Shown: positions 22,667 to 35,196 of the stretch, piece after piece
How the letters are laid out: the number at the start of each line of letters is the position of its first letter
Numbering within the stretch: position 1 is the first letter of the stretch
Program-made: the position numbers and the translations under genes
Notes under the pieces: generated by a model
Told to the model about the DNA's origin: nothing
Seen by the model: the letters and a program-made list of their open reading frames with translations, nothing else
Database searches by the model: none
Source of the DNA: Dimargaris cristalligena
Lineage: Eukaryota
NCBI GenBank assembly: GCA_003614675.1
Contig: ML002381.1
Coordinates: 1-35,196, forward strand
DNA: 35,196 bases
Reading direction: 5' to 3'

Positions 22667-22879
22667 TCACCAGCCAAAATTCCAACCGAGGAACATAGGA
22701 ACCGCCATGGCGGTCTCGGTAGGGAGAGGTGTGGCAATTGTCGGCATTATCGTCATTGTCGTTGTCGCTGTCTTTTCAGGGGCTATACGGTTAGTAGGAA
22801 GGCCGTGTGATATCTGGGCTGTCCACAGGATGGTGACCAGTACCCTAGCCAATATAATGCCCATATCCTTGGCGTCCAT
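22667..22879 (-). CDS. Hypothetical small secreted protein (70 aa)
   Basis: Perfect Kozak context GCCACCATGG. Signal-peptide-like N-terminus ending ISHG-LP, then a Thr/Pro-rich segment. A TATA-like element lies about 160 nt upstream. No homolog recognised. Confidence 0.55.
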   Translation of the reverse strand: MDAKDMGIILARVLVTILWTAQISHGLPTNRIAPEKTATTTMTIMPTIATPLPTETAMAVPMFLGWNFGW

Positions 22880-23036
22880 GGTGGCAGCGGTGGGTGACGG
22901 AGGTGGGATAATTATAAGTAATTGGAACTAGTTGGCCAGGTGCTTGGCAATGAATGGCACTGCGACCTGACGATTTAATGGCGTAATTATAAAAGTTGGG
23001 GTATCAATGGGATGGCGGATAAACTGGCGGTATAGG

Positions 23037-23052
23037 TTTATATATTTATATA
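23037..23052 (-). promoter_or_regulatory. Putative TATA element for the small ORF at 22879
   Basis: The minus strand reads TATATAAATATATAAA, containing two TATAAA copies. Confidence 0.35.
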
Positions 23053-25737
23053 GTCACTGGTTTACATCCCCTTTATCTAGGTTCTCATCCTTCTGCGTAG
23101 GAGTAAAGGTTTAGTCGATAATGTGAATTGCCGACTCGCTTTCTTAGCCTATTCAGATACGTTGGTCGCGCCAAATTGGTAGGGCCAGCGTCCACCTAGA
23201 GAGCCTTATTTAATCGGATCGCGAATTTCTAACCATTTCCTTCATGGTGACTCGCCTGCCAATCCCAATGGACCTTCGATTTGGCTACCACCATCCGCAT
23301 AGGATGTCGAACTGCCGTAGTTGGGGATTCGCACTTCTTATGAAGCGTAGCCACGGGCTTAGTCAAACCCCGCGCTATTCATAATCCAGTCAATCCGACA
23401 GTATACGGCATTGTCAGAAAGACGGGGATTGTTTGAGAAGCCTGAAACCCCGCTCGCCTTACATAGCTCACCCCATTGTGCCAGATTGTAATGTACATTA
23501 TCTCAGCTGCCGATCAAAAATAGGCGCCAAAGGTGCTATTTAGAGCCTACCCGTCGGATCCTGATTAATCGGGGCAATATAACAGTGTAACTAAAAAATC
23601 GTTCCCGCTTTAAATAAAGGCCATACTATTTGCAAGTACAATGTATCTGAATAGAGGTTAGCCCTAACGTGCCGGAAACGGGAATTCATTTTTCAGAATG
23701 GGTAGCATGGTGGTAACCATCGAATGGGCAAAGTGTTTTCTTGTAAACTGCAACTATAGTACCGCCCAGAAATTACCATTTTGCGTCCAGCTGTAGGCAG
23801 CCTATTTATGCCGATGGAGGGCGGGAGAAGATGCGATATCCAATGGGCACATCATTCCCGCCAGTTTTACGCCATTCTCCAACACCCCCTCCGCCCTATG
23901 GGCAGCCTAGTAGTCCGACTTTCCGTCCCGAATAGGTCACCCAGAGTAAGGTGTAACTTGGCTATTGCCCTTACAGCGGCGATACTATTGCCGACAAAAT
24001 AATAATTGTAAGGATATATTACCAGCTCGCATCAGAAAGCCCGACTTTTCCTTGCTTTGCATCAAAATATCCGACTCTTTTCAGTATCTTTCAAACCCCC
24101 TCTTCCCTTTGGTTTCTTGTATTATTCTTGAAATTCAACGGCCTGTGCGGACCTTCAAATTTCATATAAACAGTCGGCGGAATTCCCCCCCTCTTCGGGG
24201 ATTGTCATCACCTATCCTCTCGAACTCTACAATTTGATCCTGCCGCCCTCTCCCCATTACCCTTACCTATTTCCCCTACAAGTACTTGCCGGCTCGGCTA
24301 TTACCATGTCCACAATAAACAGGCATTTTATATATATCTTTCTTTTGTTTTTGATTAGATATTCTCTGTTGGCTTCCATCCGCCACCATCAATACGTCCA
24401 CCTCCATCCATGTCACATTTAACTCGGCGAGTATCCCGTCTTCTACAGCTAGGGAGTCGTCCTTCGCGCCTTTAGATTGAGCTGATAGAGAGGCAACTCC
24501 CTCTTTCCGAATTCCAAAGTCCAATAGCGCGAGACCGGATCCCAATAGCAGTACACTGGCATTTTAAACCAAAACAGCTGGCCTGAAGTGATTATACCTA
24601 CTCTGGGAGGTCACCCTCCCCCCCAAAAATAGGTCTGGTACTTTCATTTAATATTTAGACCCGGGCGGTCACATATATATAACCCCTTCTGGGTCTGGAC
24701 CATCGTCTATTTTGGGGTATTCGATTAAAGGCAGGTGCCATTATGGAGTGGAATTGGGTGTATACACACCCCTCAACTGGCCAGGAAAAAAGAGGAGGCA
24801 ATTCAAGATTACATTATGGCCAAGTTGTTGTTAACCATCAGTGAAGTAAGCTAATCTGCAAGCATACCCCTGTCGACTCTTGTTTCCGTGACGAGTAACT
24901 CTAAAGATCCGCTAGGCCACAGGGTATTCCTATTACTACTGTACTTGATTTAGCCAATGAAGTAGGGCTTGAGATCATAGTAGTGATATTGAAAGGGATC
25001 GGTGCTCTTCTTTATGATTCTTTCATGCGATGTGGCGTGATGCCGAGTCCATTTGACCAGTGTGATATGAATTAACATTCTCCACATGTTCTCGCGATTA
25101 TCTGAACAAGCGATATTGGTGTTTAAAAGCGGTTTGACCCACTACTCCAATAAGCTAGGGTGCATTTTTGCCGCACTGAAATGGGGCCACTGGTGTACTG
25201 AGTGAATTTAAAGCTGTCCCTATTTATCGTATCCGTAAATTCGCCCAAAGACGGGCTGGTCCAGTTGAGACGGCCGCCCAAATCCCCCATAGGCACCCAT
25301 TTAAAGAGCGGCAGTGTCCTATTTTACCTTGCTACGCCATAGTGGACATGGATCTCCAGCATGAAAGGTAGATTCTCCCGTGACACCTAAGACTACAAAG
25401 TCATTTTTATTAAAGAGGTAGCGCCGTACAAAGGGGGATAGTGAGAGACACAGCATAAATACGAAAATATAGACAGTGGGCGAAGTGGAAAGTGCCCGGA
25501 ATGAGAAAGACAATATATTACAATGGGGACGCGGCCATAAACCGCACGAAAGTATTTCAAAACCTATAAAACAAAACAGAGAGGCGGCGGAGAGCAAGTC
25601 TGCGGATTACTAAATTAAGTGTAATCTACATGAAGAGATACTGCCGAAAACAATGTACAGGGAGGGTATTTTGGATGAATGGGAGAAACCTTAATTTCAA
25701 TTCAACGAACGAAACCCCCGAAAGGGTGCCAGCCGGC

Positions 25738-26691
25738 TTAGAATAAACAACTGGGTGTTTTGCTTAAGCTGTATTCGCCCTGAGGGTTGGGGTAGTACAC
25801 ATAAGGAAGTAGACTACTATTGGCATATAGGCTCTCCTGGGGGGTCGTGGTGATCATGGGGACGGAGGTGTAGTAGTCGACCCCGTATTGCGCGGCAGAC
25901 TCCTCCGACATTGGCGGAGGGGTACCTAGACTGGCGGAATAAGAAGGCCCGCTGGGGTAGAAGGTGGGGTGGCCAATGACTGACGTGGACTGCGGATGCG
26001 AGGCAAACTGAAGATAGGACTGGTCCAGATGGGGTGACGGAATACTCGGTAAGGAGTACACCGGCCCGTTTTTACTGGTGTAGATTGGGTATCCTGTGGC
26101 GGTGCAGTCCAGAGGTGCCATGCCGGGGTAGCCCGACGGGGTGACCATGTTGATCCAGCTATAGCCGGCTGATATATCGTGTGAAACGACGCCATCCGTA
26201 CTGGTATCGGAGACGGGACTGGAGGTGGCCCGACCCAGTGGATCCTGCCCCAGGGCCGTGGTAGCCGATTCTAAATAGGATAACTGTTCGGTAGGGGAGT
26301 CCAGGGCGGACTGGGAGTACGAAAGCTCTTGGCGTTTTTGGGCCGCTTTTTTAGCCTTGACCGACTTGGGCTTACGTTTAATCAAGGGCAACAGGTCCAT
26401 CCGACCCCGGACGAACAGGGGATGATGAAAACTGCAGTAATTGAGCAGGCTGCTATCCCTAATCTTGCGGGCATCGGTACCACGCCGGAATCCATAGAGG
26501 TGAAGCTGACGGACCAAGGACTTGAACGTACGGGTTTTGTGATAGCAAGGTAAAACAATGCTTTCGTACTCGCGGATATCGGTGAAGACGATGTAGCGGC
26601 CAGTGATATCCCATTCGACGCAGTGGCGAAAGGCGGGGTTCTCCAAGGAGCTGTGCAGTTTCCGGGCAAATCCAAAGGAATCGGCGTCCAT
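25738..26691 (-). CDS. HSF-type DNA-binding domain transcription factor (divergent), intronless, 317 aa
   Basis: N-terminal HSF domain: FARKLHSSLE...VEW...VLPCYHKTRTFKSLVRQLHLYGFRR...FHHPLFVRGRMDLLPLIKRK. A basic NLS-like patch and an S/P/T/Y-rich tail follow. Confidence 0.88.
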   Translation of the reverse strand: MDADSFGFARKLHSSLENPAFRHCVEWDITGRYIVFTDIREYESIVLPCYHKTRTFKSLVRQLHLYGFRRGTDARKIRDSSLLNYCSFHHPLFVRGRMDLLPLIKRKPKSVKAKKAAQKRQELSYSQSALDSPTEQLSYLESATTALGQDPLGRATSSPVSDTSTDGVVSHDISAGYSWINMVTPSGYPGMAPLDCTATGYPIYTSKNGPVYSLPSIPSPHLDQSYLQFASHPQSTSVIGHPTFYPSGPSYSASLGTPPPMSEESAAQYGVDYYTSVPMITTTPQESLYANSSLLPYVYYPNPQGEYSLSKTPSCLF

Positions 26692-26891
26692 GATAAGAAA
26701 AAGGTGGATGTGAATTAGAGGAGCAAACCGGGAATCGGGATAGTGATGGAGGGCCGGTGTTAAAGGGATGGTCGTGTGAATTCACTGGTGGAAGGGGAGC
26801 AGCGGAGGTAAGGAAGGCGAGGGGGAAAGGCAATTGATCTGAATGGCAGTAAACTTGGATTGATGTGGATAGATAGAGGGGGCACGGGCGA

Positions 26892-26900
26892 CTTTTTATA
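26892..26900 (-). promoter_or_regulatory. Putative TATA box of the HSF-type gene
   Basis: TATAAAAAG on the minus strand, about 200 nt upstream of the ATG, followed by a pyrimidine-rich leader. Confidence 0.45.
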
Positions 26901-29900
26901 CCTGGACCAACTGCTCCCAATTTAGCGGCTGCTCCACGGCATTCGCGTGTTCGCCGCCTGAACTCCCCCATCCCAAGAAAAGGAGTCCGTGCAGGAGGGT
27001 ATGAGCTAGAGGAATTATTCCGCTGGATTGATCCACCCAAGGATATGCAATTACCCCACTAGCCACCCGCCAAGCACTATGGCGCGTACATTAAGATACA
27101 GGACACTGTCCCGAGCGCCTCGGACTACAAATCCACAGGGACCCAAACTGTCGACGCTGTCTCTGAATGCTCAGTCCAAGGACAATCAGGTTCGTAGCGG
27201 GGTGTAAGGCTATCCCAACTTGGAACTCACTCCGCCTCCCATAGGTGACGGTAAATCCTCGGCATAGGAGGGGTACGTCAATCATTTTCCTCCATCAGCA
27301 GTGCTCACTTTTGAAATTCTTGATTAGCATCCTCAGCTCTGGCCCAAAGCCAACAGGGCCCACTATAGTTAGTGGATGGAAGGGCGCCAGTTTGGCAATG
27401 AAGCGAACCTTTGCTTCCAGCAAACGCGAACATTGGAGCCAATGCTAATGCATAGTAGTGAGCCTGAATCGATCGGTTCCGGTGGAGCATCCGGTCGCCT
27501 GACCTAGTGTTCTCAGGTGGGGCCGATAGCACCTCGAATAGGGGAGGTGTGTTCACCCCTAGAAATAGGGTGGGCACTGTTGCCGGGATCAGGCAAAACA
27601 GGGATGCTGAACCGGAACTACCCCCCCCCCTCTTCCTACTGGGTATATTATCTGGGAACTTGAGCATAGTTCGGACTCCCTTGATGAACCAACTAGTCTC
27701 ATGTTAACGCTTTTCGGTATAGTTTGTTCCCGCACTGACCTAACTCACCCCAGAATAAATGGCATCGTCTTAGATACTGAATGATCCTTACAAAAATACA
27801 GTGTTTCTATAGGTTGACAATGAATCGGCCATCCAGCTACATCATATATCCCTAGTCATTAATTGCCTCACGACTATAAGTGTATTTTATTATAGCGTAA
27901 TCTGATTTCTAGGGAAAATTAGAATACTGGTGATGTAAACTCGGATTATCTGTAATTCCCGCTTCTGCAAGTAACTTCCAGCGTATTGCAGTGATAGTGA
28001 GAACTTAAATTCTTGTATCACGGCTTTTTAATACACCCCCCCCCACTTAGACTGCCTTAGATTCGATTTGGGGGACTCTATATTACTTCTAGAGTGTGGC
28101 GGGATGTCAATCGGTGGAACGGCCACCGCCAGTGGGTCGAACGGCTGGGTCTACCGACCCAAATAATTACAATAGCTAGCCGTTAGTCAGTAAGCGCCCG
28201 TGAAATAAATAAGCCTACTGTTTCCTTGTAGATATGGGTGAAATTCGGCCCAGCTATATAAGGGTTTACATTATAGGTGCATGGGAAGATATATGGGAAA
28301 TGCATTTTTAACTAGTAATATTGGCCGAATCTAATGGATTTTTCGTTATACAGCTTGGATGAACTTCTCCCATATGGATGTCCAAAGTTCTCTACTGCAC
28401 CTTATTAAAAGAATATGAATTTTTAGAGGGAAAAGACACGTATCTGATCTCGATCAGACCGCTAACTTGCAAATACCAACGAACCGCCCCCTAGCGTGAC
28501 ATAATAGTCCAGACGGTGATTTAGCGAATAGTCTCGAGAACGAGGCAAAACCTTGTTGGGGCTACTAAATACCTATGATTCCGATTTAGAAACAAACCCA
28601 GTCAGACGATCATTCCTTCCACATGGTCTTTGAATAGTAATGGTCCGGTTGGGTAGACCTCATTATACCTAGGTAAATCAGTAGATCCCAGCAACGTGTT
28701 GCGTTACTCCACCGATCGACTGATCGCGGCACAACGAGTAAAATTAAATGAGGACTCGCGAGGTTGCTCCTACCAAAACGAATTTTACCATTAAACGGAC
28801 CACGAGATTACCCTCCTAAGACAATCTAGGCCGCGTGGCGAGTCTAAGTGAATAATCCCTGTTATTGCTGGTCTAAAGACAATGATTATAACCACCGTCT
28901 CGGTTTCTTGGATGGAAACCCTGAAGTGGTTTCCATTCGGGGACCGATTGAGATCCAATGTGCAGGACAGTCGTGTCTAAGCCGACCAATCAATCTCACT
29001 ACCATACCGCTTAGCGATCACAAAGTTACTCAAGCCCACGTGGTTCTCAGCAGACAACCTGGAAAACAGGCCAGTTACAGTGCAGTAATCGGAATCGAAT
29101 AACCCACTTATGCTATCCATTACTAAAGTCGTATGGGGCCCATCATCACCATTACCCAAAGATATTATATCTTCCCATAATGGAGCATAGGGGGGTTCCA
29201 ATTGATGGCTGATCTTAATGGGTTGGGTTCCGACCCAGTCGCTATAGGCAGTAGTATTTACGACTAGATGGTAAGGAACAGTTTCCGCTCACACTTTCTG
29301 TATCCGAATATCCACCTCTTGCCCCCCGACTCCCCCAACTCCTTCGCTTTGACTGACCATATACGGAAAATGGATGATACGATTTATCCCGGCCCATTCA
29401 CTGTGGTCAGACCCTAGAGGATCGGCCAGCTGGCTACAGTATAACCTACACGTGTTCATTATCGAGCTACTAATCCCCCGCACACTACTCATTCACTTTA
29501 TGCTAATGAATAAAGATGAGTATGGAACCCTCAGACCAGGTCTGATGGACTCCCATGCAAATCAAGGGACCCGAATGGACAGACAAGACCACGTTTGGGA
29601 TTGCCCCATGTTTCTAATCAGTGCAAAGGGTGTGATCGGGCCACGGATCCCTATTTCCTCGATAGCTTCCCCAAGTGGTCGAAAGCAAATTTATATAATA
29701 TATACACGGAAGAGGTTCAACCTGACTGTATAACCAAAAATACACTGGATAAGGCAAATGCTATTAGTTAAAAATGAATCTTACGCCTATTTGCCCATAT
29801 AAGTATCATTAAAAACCTTATACAGATGGCCCTGATTCCATCCAGATATAGATTTATTTAACGTGGAGATGCTCGATTACGAGTTGGTGGGCGAAGGATA

Positions 29901-32900
29901 GCTACCAGAGCCTCTGCTGGTTTTTACGTGGGAATGTGGGAGGTTCCGCTACCGCGAACCACTTGCACGGAGATGATTGACCCTTTAATGGTGATATATT
30001 AAAGAACACACCTAGCAGCAATAGCTCGAGGGTTATAGGCAGTGTTCCCTTTTCTACGTTTGGAAATAGTACATCATTTGAATGAGCGGATATCCCCAAG
30101 CCCTATTGTTCGGGAACATAGCGGGGTGTGCAACCTAGCGATGGCGCCCCAAGCCCCCCCCCCCACACTGCCTTTTTCAACTCTCCATAGTATCCCCCAA
30201 TTAATCGTACACCAAAACAGGGCCGGATGTAATGAAATGGTAATGGTTTAAAACCCATTCTCGAATCCCCTTCGCACCGAAATGCCACGATGAGATCGAG
30301 AATTGGTAGAGCAGTTAAGCGAAGCTTCACACCCTGTATGGTTCAGGGATTCGATAATGAATGCGAATAGAATATAACACGGCATTGGGAACCCTAGCCA
30401 GGGCTATGGGCTTGATAAAACAAGGCAGGAATACAGGATCACCGACCCCTCTTCGATTACCACCTCCACCACCCATACTCCAATGTAGCTTAATATTGAA
30501 ACTACGCATTGAACTATTTCTGAATAAGGTTTAATGGGTGCCCAACGATCACCTCCCCAGCAAAAAAATTCAATATCCTAATAGTAATGGTATGCGGACG
30601 GGCTTAATGGCGTGGGTTGGATTTAATAACAGTTACATGTAAGGCTCAAGTGTTACGGGTACGGCAAGATGGCCACCTAGTTGCAAAGGATAGTCAGTCT
30701 TATGGCCCAACCTGACTCACTGACTATCCCTTAATTAGGCCAACCTGATCAATGGACATTACGAAGGTGTACTATATATGCCTGGTCAGAGTACCTCGAC
30801 AGTGTGCGCGGGGGGGAAGGTTTTAGAATAGTAGGGAGGTCTACAAGATCATCAGGGTGGCCTGACCCATGCACGGTTCCGTTACTACTATGTTTACCAC
30901 CTACATTCACGACCAATTTTGGGAGTATGGCGAACACCTCCTCTAGGACGGATTGTATCAGCGTATGTCTGGGCCATATGAACACCATATATAACGATGG
31001 GTTATCTATATAGCATACGACCCAGACATAATATCTCTGGGATTGGGTTAATATAAAACGACCTAGGAATGGCTTTTAACCTGACAGTCGGAAGGATATT
31101 CCAGCAGTTGTATGGAGGCTATCCACTTTGGGGGCCTTCTGGTGGTACTAATAATAATATAATTACATTAGAAAGGGTGGGCTAGGCGATGGGGGCTATT
31201 TTTTACTTGGGTAATATCATTAGAAAAAATGAGCATAAACTGGGGGTTCTTTAAAACAATGTCGCGGAGCTGTCATTAATCATGCTAAAGGCCCACCATG
31301 ACCCGTTGGACACTTACATTATGCGTGAACTCATTCGGAAACAAAGTGATTGAATCCTGTGCCTTTCTACCAAGCCTCATGTCTCTTCCTTTTATTATAT
31401 TCCTCTAAAAATCCGAAACCCCATTGCTGGCTCGGTGGGCCTTGGTTTACTGAAGCACGCTGCCTACTAATCTTACCCGGTACCGGATAAGATTCGCGCT
31501 TAAAAGGGGTGGTGATAAAGGCAAAGTAGTCATGCGAATATAGAGGTGCCTACATGTGTATATGTGATGGGGCTCCAAGAAACCCGCTTAAGCCGGTTTT
31601 ACTTACACGTAATGACAAAGGAAAGTTTCATTCACATCGACAAGGTGGGTTTTCTTGCTGGGGCGCCGTTTAATCAAGGTAATTGCAGTGATTCCTGCAA
31701 TGACTAATGCATCGCTTTATCCCCAAAGTGGCATGGCGCAGTGACGGACTTCGGAAGGGTCTGTTTAACAGCCGGCCCAGTGGGTAGAGTGCAAGCAGAG
31801 TACCGGTGATATCACTGTACTTGATTCGGTTGGGTTTAGTTGAGGCGGTAGTACCTACGACCTAGGCTGGTTGGGGTTGCACTTTAGGGTTAGTAGAGTC
31901 GGTAGAGACCATGGCACCGCCCTCCTTTCCTTTGGCTATAAAATTGATCTAGATGGAATACGGCAATCGGCACGATCGCCGAGTGAAAAGGTTGACAAGT
32001 AGGGAGACCTACCTACCAACTGCCTGCTTGATTTAGGGATATATTGACTAGGACGGTGGCGCTGGTTACGGAAAGTGGGGGGTTATGTGATGATGAGATG
32101 GCATATATTAATATGGGGGATTTACTGAACCCCGCCATGCCAGCCCACAGCAAGTACGACTTGCGATATCTACCCAAATCAATGAAGCGTGGCGGACCCT
32201 ATATTTGGAGGTGGGCCTCGGAATTTGGCCGGGCTCTAGAGTAGTGCAGTTGTCTATTGGTGGTGCGGGGTCCTCCGGCAAGGCATATAAACACGAAAGA
32301 GCGGGGACTTAACTTTGAACACATGGTAACCAGACTGGTGGTGGTCTCGCTCGCGCCGTTAGCCCCGAGGACACAGAGGGACTCCCGACGCAGAAAGCCA
32401 AGCCAAAGGGGTAAAGGGGGGAATGAGATGCGGATAGTCTGGGGTTGGGGTGACTCAGCCATTAGAGGCCAAGGACTATGTTAGAGGGTAGTGGAGATTC
32501 CCAACGGATGAGAAACAGGTGAGCGGAGTTGGCGTGGGTGCATACACCCTGGACGGGGAACAGTTTGGTACTGAGGGGAATAGCCGAAGCCGACTGCAGG
32601 GTCCGGAGGTGGCTACAATGGGGTGGTTTTTTGCAACCATGAGCTGGGGCGGGCATGGGCCCTGTTATTATATTTTAGTCTTAGTCGCCTGGTCAAAGCC
32701 ACTTCTGCTTATCGCACCATTGATGAAGCTGTGCACGCGATGATTGACGTGCGATACGATGAAGATAAGCCTATACCGTATGGTGGGAACTTTGTCGGGA
32801 TGGCCAAAGATCCGGCAGTTTGAGTTTGGGATTCCGAGGAGGATGATAAGAGAGAGACCTCCCGGCATTGAGCTGCCGCCCAGATTAAAAGATGACTGTG

Positions 32901-34410
32901 CGACGGAAGCTAACCCTCACAATATTAACAAGAATACTAATAATAACCATACAGTGCTACAGAAGTAAAAGGCCGCACGATAAGGAAGGGAAGGAAGGGA
33001 GGGAGGAAACAAGGGGCTATTCCACAGCGATAGGGGCGATCCAACCGAATTGGCCATGCCTACCTTCCAATGGCTGTTATAGGGCAGTAAATAATAAGGT
33101 ACGACACTACTCATCCATTATAGTCCTTATCGCCCCCATCTACGCCTACGATAACAGGCTGGATTGGCTTGTCAAAGGCCCGCCCTCTTTTTACCCCCTT
33201 AGTATGATTTGATTTGGCGGGGGACCTGCATAAGTAAGGTGAAGACGTGGCCCTCGTTGTCGGCCGATAAACCACCCGCGCTATCTACGCCCATCGGGTT
33301 CGGTGGAGTACGTACGGCTGCGATAAGGCCAGGCCAATCTCACCCGGCCCTATCGTTCCATCGATTCGGGTCGCCACGGATCGGTGACCTGCTCTACCTT
33401 ACTCCACTCTGACGAACGATGCTGTTCCTAATCCTCCGGATACACCAACACCCCCGTTTTATTCGCATTATCCACCCCGTTCCCGATGCAGATTAGATAT
33501 CCCTCAACTGACGACTGGCCCATCCCCAAACTTCCGGTTTTTGGCAAGACTCGGCAACAATCGCACAGTCTTTTGCTGAACAGGACCGGCCCTGGTGGGA
33601 AAGGCCCCATCCGCTTCCGGAAAACCCGAGGAGGGTAAAAAGGGGTGACCGCCGGCTGGTTAATGAAGGCCATTTGCATGTCCGCTATGGGCTAGTATCC
33701 GCAGACCTGTGTTCATTTTCGGCTTTGGATTGTTTGGCAGGGATATCCTCCACCCCACTTTCCATAACTGGTGGATGTGTATAATACCTGATGTACGAGT
33801 GTTTAGGAACGACGAACCTTTGGAGAACTATCCGTATGCGTGGTCTTGGTACCACACTCCTTCGTGCCCTAACTAACTAAGGCAATCTGATGTGGGTAGA
33901 ATAGAGACTGTATAGTATAGGGAGGGGAGTGGGGTTCTTCCCCTCCATCTCTATTTGACTACCCTGGACTGATCCCCGCTTTTAGCAACACCGGGTTTTA
34001 GTTAGGTGGCTAGGCTTGGGTAGCGTGGCACTACGCCGGTACACTTCCCCAAATAAGCCGAGTATGGCCAAGAGGGTGCGCCAGCCCCCCCGGCTAGAGT
34101 GGGAAGATGATGCGAACCGATCCCTCCATCCACGGTTACACCAGCTCTTCCCAGATGAAAAGAGAGGCATAGGAATAGGAATAGTAGGGTATCAAGCAGT
34201 GATCTCTGTTTTGTGGTCCTCTGCCTGCCGGGGCAAGCCTTTTACCGACAATGGTGGAACCCCCCATTTATCAGCCAACCGCCTGCTTCATTTAGATAAA
34301 TTGATTTCCCGCGAATTTTACACCGGGTGATTGAACTTCGGCTATTTCTTTTGGCTTCGTTTTGCTGTTGCCATCCCAAAAAGGGCACCGTTTGTTTACC
34401 TATAAAAATG

Positions 34411-34412
<2 letters not shown>

Positions 34413-34448
<36 letters not shown>
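34413..34448. repeat. (AT)18 microsatellite
   Basis: Directly visible dinucleotide run. Confidence 0.95.
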
Positions 34449-34453
<5 letters not shown>

Positions 34454-35196
34454 ACTATAACCAATTGGAAATATAGTAAAACCAAGTCCAGGTGACTGAG
34501 AGGAATAAAAGACCCTGATGAGAATGTGGGACTGTTACTTACTATTCTCTATCCACCCGACCACGATGGACGTGCACCAATCAGGCATGATTCATAGCCG
34601 CTTAATAGGCTGACTGATAAAGCGCTTTTGCATCAGCTGCCCTTGTGAGGACCACCACACAGGTGCCCCTTCCAGCCCACTACGGGGGATGATGGCCCTT
34701 GATAACACTGCTGCTGTTGTTGTTGAATGTAGTAGGAGAACACCCATTAAAAGAGGGTGGGGTGGATGATATACAGATACGAATGTATTCAGCCAGTCCT
34801 CTCCTATACGGGATTCATTCTCTGTCACTCTGGCCATACGAGGGGAGAGAGTCTTCTCCTCCGGCAATCAGTCGAGAGACGCGATCCCAGCGTATAGCCC
34901 CATTCCGCAATGCAGCGGATACGGCCGCCCCACACATGGATGGGGCCAACAAAGCCGCATCTGGCGATAAATGGTTAAGTTGGAATGGAGAGTTTACCAC
35001 GTCCCAAATGAAATGAGAAGGGGCTTGCGTGGGTCAAAATGACTGTGGGAAAGTGCTAACCACCATTCTTTATGGTTTAATGACCTGCAGAGGCCACCAT
35101 TTCCAGGGTCCCCACGTTCTTTCCTATTGCAACCCCATAATATGGGAGAAGTTCATCCAAGCTGTATAACGAAAAATCCATTTGATGAGGCAAGTA

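Noticed and set aside
25738-25752. C-terminal SCLF of the HSF-type protein as a prenylation signal
   Set aside because: The Cys is third from the end, not fourth, so it is not a CaaX box.
26459-27040. 193-aa ORF overlapping the HSF start
   Set aside because: Non-ATG start, spans the putative TATA box, and has no recognisable features.

Overview
Eukaryotic, fungal-type genomic DNA with GC-rich exons, short GT-AG introns (GTAAG/GTAGG/GTACG donors) and Kozak-like starts. The gene content suggests an early-diverging fungus, but this is inference only. From left to right the window holds: snRNP protein SmG; a 5-exon mitochondrial enoyl-CoA hydratase; a 2-exon MOT1-type molybdate transporter; an array of five intronless, highly diverged MARVEL-like four-TM genes (four tandem on minus, one divergent on plus); a BRPF/Nto1-like chromatin scaffold (EPL1-PHD-ZnK-PHD-bromo) whose PWWP domain sits in the +1 frame; a divergent 6-exon phosphatidylinositol synthase; a 2-exon clathrin light chain; a probable orphan small secreted peptide gene; and a divergent HSF-type transcription factor. 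About 8.5 kb with no recognisable coding sequence follows. The best leads are the MARVEL array with its shared C-terminal Met-Pro motif, the frameshift-separated PWWP domain and the small secreted peptide. I could not support any tRNA, rRNA, CRISPR array or intact mobile element.
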